DNA of 16,918 nt from an uncultured bacterium (GTDB lineage: Bacteria; UBP14; UBA6098; B30-G16): positions 1-16,918 of the forward strand of contig CBEVQY010000041.1 of NCBI GenBank assembly GCA_965552135.1. The letters are read 5' to 3'. Numbering within the stretch: position 1 is the first letter of the stretch; every line of letters starts with the position of its first letter. The position numbers were made by a program, and so were the translations under genes. The notes below the pieces were generated by a model. The model worked only from the letters and a program-made list of their open reading frames with translations. It ran no database searches and was not told the DNA's origin. This document shows positions 15,501-16,918 of this stretch, in pieces.

Positions 15501-16918
15501 CGGCGTTGCCTTGTCGACTTCGTGCGGTTGTTCGCTTTTGGTCGATGGTTCGCCCGAGGCGTCGCCGTTCTCAACCACCTGGACGGGCGGCAGTCTGCAC
15601 GAGGTCGCTGCGTTCGACACCGTTTTCGGCGCGGCGGGCGAGCGGTTCGTCTTCGTTGGCTGGTCCGACGGCGTCGCAAGCCCGCAGCGAAGCCTGCTCG
15701 TCTCGTCGGACACGTCCCTCTGCGCGCAGTACGTCAGGGAGATTGCGGTTGGCGTTTTCAACGACCGCGGCTTCGGCGAGCCGCAGCCGCCTGTGGGCAC
15801 TTATTGGCTTGCTGAGGGCGACACGCTTGTTGCATCTGCTGGAAGCCCTGATCGCGAAGCCCACGCGTACTGCACGGGCTACGTCGGCGCGGGGGCGATC
15901 CCAGACGGCTTCGGCGATTTGGTCGCCCTTGCGCCCGACTCGGCAGGCGCACTGTTCTGGATGTGGGGCGGTATGGTTCCCCTCTTCGTCGCTTCGCCCT
16001 ACGGCTTGCCTGTGCCCGCCGGAACGGTTTGGTGTCAGCCCGGTGAGAGCGTTTTCGCATCGGTCGATTCGCTTGTGTACGACGGCGCCTATGTGCGGCA
16101 CGTCTGCGTTGGCTTCGACGGCTACGGCGGGATCTCGCCGACCGGTGGTGCAGGCTGCAGCGGCGCCTTCGAGGTCTCCGACACGGCGCAGCTTGTGTGG
16201 CGCTGGCGGGATGAGTATCGCCTTTCTCTGGCCGCCTGCGGCGCGGCAGACGCCGCCGTTACCACCTCGGGCGCGGGCTGGTATCCCGCCGAAAGCACAG
16301 CGTATATCTCCGTCGACACCGAAGCCGTCGCGTCGGATGGGGCGCACTATTTCTTCTTGCACTGGAGCAGCGTTCCCGCGGGCGGAAGCTTCGACGACTC
16401 CCTCGCCCCGTCGACCGGGATTTCGATGGACGGCGCATATACCGCCGTGGCGCACTTCGTCCAGGGCGCGAGGGTGGCTGTGAGGAAGCAGCCGCTTCAT
16501 GCTTCGGGCTGGCTTTCCGTCGATGGCGAGACTTTCGCCGGCGCCGAAAGCGTTGTTGTGTGGCGCAGGGTCGGCGACACCGTTGTCGTTGCGGCGTCGC
16601 CGGTCGACACGGTTGCGCCCGACAGCGCATACATCTTCCGCGGCTGGAGCTTCGATTCGAGCGAGACCGCAGCCGTCGCCGTGACGGGAGACGCGGAGCT
16701 TTCCGCGAACTACGACGTCGCCTACAGGATTGTGCTTTCCAAGGTTCCGCCCGAGACGCTTGGTGCGCTCGTCGTCGACGACACCGTTTACACTGGCGCA
16801 TCGTCTGCCCTCTACAGGGGCTGGTGGATTTCGGGTAGCGAGCACGTCGTTGAGGCATCCGATGTCGACAGCGTTGCCCCCGACGTCAGGTGGTGTTTTG
16901 CGGGCTGGAGCGACGGCG
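6538..16918 (+). CDS. Giant (>3460 aa, 3'-partial) secreted multidomain surface protein: DNRLRE-like head, six cohesin-like domains, about 30 InlB-B/Flg_new-like repeats
   Basis: Absent from the ORF track because it is open-ended. I translated frame 1 codon by codon from ATG 6538 to 16917 and found no stop. Signal peptide MARFLVCVLVLMGVLFA with SD GGAGG. Recurrent protein motifs GxGWYxxG...FxGWxG...NP...AxW and FxGWSDGG stay in the same frame for 10 kb. The CDS is near certain; the domain names are less so. Confidence 0.95.
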   Translation, partial: MARFLVCVLVLMGVLFAGGGRTVLIPAEVKFVADSFAGDWGRCLYATHTPCANTTVISASSETNWQIAQRRNCGGVAGSMVQHLLIFQFNTTAIPDSAIVEQLIFGLNVTSISTNNGMVNLHVMSRDMLDISGRPSEYFTDLERYNDATNGNSYFTGEAISPGVNEIYLNAQAESDFTDLLSEDWFAFSVLLDEFLDITDTCIAYVATPESQHYLKVTYHLPAAVRVQTSFDGGEVIVDGVTHSSPFDTTWISDETHTIGVDSVQTPGVGVKYEFRFWSDGGARVHEVIAADTAQTYTAYFDTFYQVVLNSPYGTTEGAGWYPPGSMVNISVSPETVYNADTTIRHVFGGWVGTGSGSYTGPSSSATIVVNGFIVEDAVWDTSYYLTVTSSGVPDTTPYLEGEGWHPPESWVHIFAQDSIFHDGVWYIFDHWSGGVFGDSTSNDDSVYLDYPITITAVYVPNPETEVFPPESVVARRGDGILLPAIMTAVVDVELDSFQFDLVFDTTALSFDTVEFASIPWSELSYSLLGDTVRVFVDQPSPTVVSPPETLFFYRFTVRTDAPFGCTQLEMLNFLYDLSDARTRPGTLCVRPETVAVVVTNDFGAGTVWVDYTPYAAPYSAEWLGGEAHTIGAESLYTPAEGVEVRFSMWSDGGAIEHTVAPISDTTFVAEYDSFFYLSVESDYGSPSGEGWYLAHTAATFSVSPETVYDASLCTRHVFLGWSGDYVGTDNPATIWMSAPSSGRALWGTEHLIVLDYTGCDGAVPTLAGGGWHAEGDTIPISASDFVTAGSDTFYFVQWVGGNVVDPFSSSTQACVLGPDTIVAQYGPTPFYMSVAPPETLFAPDELFPLPIVFDAPVPVSVSEGYVEVILDGASAVAVLPSGALWDSLDYSLIPGGVGAFVWGDATVSPGETLFSVLCDPGELTKFMVTTQDPSFDFAAAEVGSGEVFVSQPVLVQILTSHAGAAALINGESHALPYSAVASAWDTLVLDCDSVQSPDPYTTLSFSGWSDTAGVRLRSLVPEGDTTLTANFVQNECALTVVTEHCPGDSATSYYACGGDVVFCICADSVLEGESFYRFSGWTGFGPGAYSGPDSCHTITLAGNVVERANWTAFHHLSVSYSGCGGASPAVEGDGWYEEGTYASVSAPDSVNDGGVWYHFVFWDGPVSDRLSPSTTVLVDAPTSVVAVYGTASADVVVEPPDTTFAAPGEFFVVPIVLWGDATTDSVALTVHFDFGIMGVVDAFSPFDTLRISDHSTEGYVELSAWGDAVALSDGDTIFELVCVSRDTSGACVLAVSGVSGLGAAVGVDGVVEVGGVAHVTLRTCPGCTLVVLGDVYVDSFCADVPVGFSLEVDAPAVQGGDGARWVFDGWSDGGCRRRTLRVEGDTSAQALYRRQFYVDVSSPLGSVAGSGWYDEGESATFSVSPSSFEGDTVRWSFDRWVGEGDGSYDGADNPASISVIGAVSETALWRREFLVELASDGALADLEGGGFYREGERASVYAPPQVGDARFVTWSGGTFADSTNHSTRLLVDGHVVAVAHYSPNFVAPAVTEALVGDTFCVPIVYHGDAVFVDTAEVVVRFAGGIVEFLSASECGAFALEIDTTCTGTLTMIGVTLNSPSYVDVNEGDTLFCLCFVAVTEGNALIEVLQPSGDLLGVAGGEGEVVVGLAASVHIGGIDGGPVFWDGVEHTAPFDTTAVVGSRHTVSVPETVVVGGERFTFAGWSDGGAATHVVRIEGDTSLVAAFDVAFWVEVSTPYGAVSGGGWYDEGDSALVFAYPETVYEGATRHAFSGWSGTISSAENPLRFAVTRAETLQALWSTQHYLDVISEFGSVWGEGWKDDWVLAWAGVSPETVYVSDGLRAVFIGWGGDTSGYINPVGFVMNEPKRLVALWKRQYRVAGGSDRGTVEGDGWYDEGDTACLRVTPSSIDSTEGVRWAFDGWFTSAGVFAETTVCFEVAAPESAWVDWGLQYYLFVDGGGHGSATPPGWYDAGEEVVVSVDPDMEVVGEGVRWAFVGWSGAYSGDENPASFRLLGPDTVTALWERQFYLSVTDSGAGASHPELEGEGYHPAGAEVSVCAQQVAYEGEVRYHFVRWSGATFDDDSSRCATLILDTTRTVVAHYSPYEVSPQDTITGALGETLVVPIILYNDALTAINTIQFTLFYPTALLTYLGVEDPPGISWSTLTGSPGGDSLVIFASIANVYVTPPETLVLVKFRVSGSGADSMWCGHFRYSISGATGSRSAVFVGDPVPVTVTTDLPGTSYVMVDGMWVSAPFDTSWLPGEPHTISAPPVVAPTSTSVFVFDGWSDGGERTHVVSASAPDTFVAGYAVWYKLSVESEHGSAWGGGWYDAGSVVDFGVGPACVQEGGSRYSFSGWEGAGDGSYSGPERFAQATVNGPITQTALWDAEHFVFVESERAAVTGGGWYAEGETATVSCYPSVVESTQAVRFSFGGWFGTAASSDNPFSFAVLRAESLRALWRRELLVVVESPRGVASGGGWYEEGENAHISISPAVEDSAGVVRFEFAGWEGTVDTPAVEFDLAVHAPETLFARWRRLVRVDVLSDWGTVCGGGFYAPGETVVVAALQESVDVDGTKIVFVGWAVGGDTLAENPLSLVVGAEPETVRAVWTTLYQLTVTSPYSTTFGGGWYAEGAEVSFGVNEVGIELTPHDSVKLEGWRGTGIYSYTGGGNPASVVVESPIVEEALWGVYHEVSVSSDYGFAYGGGWYRDGDTASFGVTPETLVCDGFEVRFSRWGGDYVGTENPHAVVVDTAVSVFAVWDTLWLVVTGYTGCGGAVVEVSGGGYYPAGETVVVAAPNLVYDGAQRFHFDHWTGTVADADENPLAFVPAGPETAVAVYSAFEVSMPGTVTAAPSETIDVPVILYDTAAVDLDTIGLDVVFDGASLSPVSLVDPGIGWDTLGLFDLGGRARIFAARASGYSASPPETLVFVRFAVSTTPVSGTMHCDSARYDIASAGTVPSLFVPQEGFGVALSTSCGCSLLVDGSPEASPFSTTWTGGSLHEVAAFDTVFGAAGERFVFVGWSDGVASPQRSLLVSSDTSLCAQYVREIAVGVFNDRGFGEPQPPVGTYWLAEGDTLVASAGSPDREAHAYCTGYVGAGAIPDGFGDLVALAPDSAGALFWMWGGMVPLFVASPYGLPVPAGTVWCQPGESVFASVDSLVYDGAYVRHVCVGFDGYGGISPTGGAGCSGAFEVSDTAQLVWRWRDEYRLSLAACGAADAAVTTSGAGWYPAESTAYISVDTEAVASDGAHYFFLHWSSVPAGGSFDDSLAPSTGISMDGAYTAVAHFVQGARVAVRKQPLHASGWLSVDGETFAGAESVVVWRRVGDTVVVAASPVDTVAPDSAYIFRGWSFDSSETAAVAVTGDAELSANYDVAYRIVLSKVPPETLGALVVDDTVYTGASSALYRGWWISGSEHVVEASDVDSVAPDVRWCFAGWSDG
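7204..16918 (+). repeat. Degenerate protein-level tandem repeat array (~75-85 aa modules) within the giant ORF
   Basis: 23 B-type modules (V.S.YG...GxGWY.EG....V.P.....R..F.GW.G.....NP....V..P....A.W) and 9 A-type modules, the last truncated (V.VDG.....PF...W..G..H.I........F.GWSDGG...H.V....T..A.Y), interleaved with six ~120-125 aa cohesin-like blocks. Only short DNA motifs such as GGCTGGTACGATGAGGGCGA recur exactly. Confidence 0.88.

Noticed and set aside
6562..16858. Many long minus-strand and off-frame ORFs in the track (e.g. 7462-8688, 10048-11238, 12847-14172, 14377-15429, 15571-16845 on minus; 15224-16483 on plus)
   Set aside because: They are Arg/Pro-rich shadows of the real frame-1 giant ORF, produced by GC-rich codon bias, and carry no recognisable motifs.
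7204..16918. CRISPR array, DGR or recent tandem DNA duplication suggested by recurring GGCTGGTACGA.GAGGGCGA and TGGTCCGACGG
   Set aside because: The recurrences are short, in-frame codons for GWYxEG and WSDG with synonymous variation and 220+ nt spacing. There are no cas or reverse-transcriptase genes and no long near-identical pair.

Overview
GC-rich bacterial DNA, probably from an FCB-superphylum lineage outside Bacteroidia. This is inferred from an FPNPFN-type C-terminal sorting domain together with canonical GGAGG Shine-Dalgarno sites and sigma70-like promoters. The left third holds a minus-strand GT4 glycosyltransferase-thioredoxin-TlpA lipoprotein (partial) string. Divergent from it is a lone rnfC/rsxC followed by a short RmlA/SpsI-like sugar-1-phosphate nucleotidyltransferase. 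Next come a hairpin-rich intergenic stretch and a secreted LVIVD beta-propeller protein with a T9SS/FlgD-like C-terminal domain on the minus strand. The main feature is missing from the ORF track because it has no stop codon in the window: one uninterrupted plus-strand ORF from ATG 6538 to the window end (>3460 aa, translated by hand). It encodes a signal peptide, a DNRLRE-like head, and six cohesin-like domains spaced by about 30 divergent InlB-B/Flg_new-like repeats in an ordered pattern (2,2,2,2,5,7 B-type repeats before successive cohesins). It is very Lys-poor and dense in D-[S/T]-x O-glycosylation-type sequons. It reads as a giant, possibly glycosylated, scaffoldin-like surface protein. 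Domain names come from motif recognition, not database searches.
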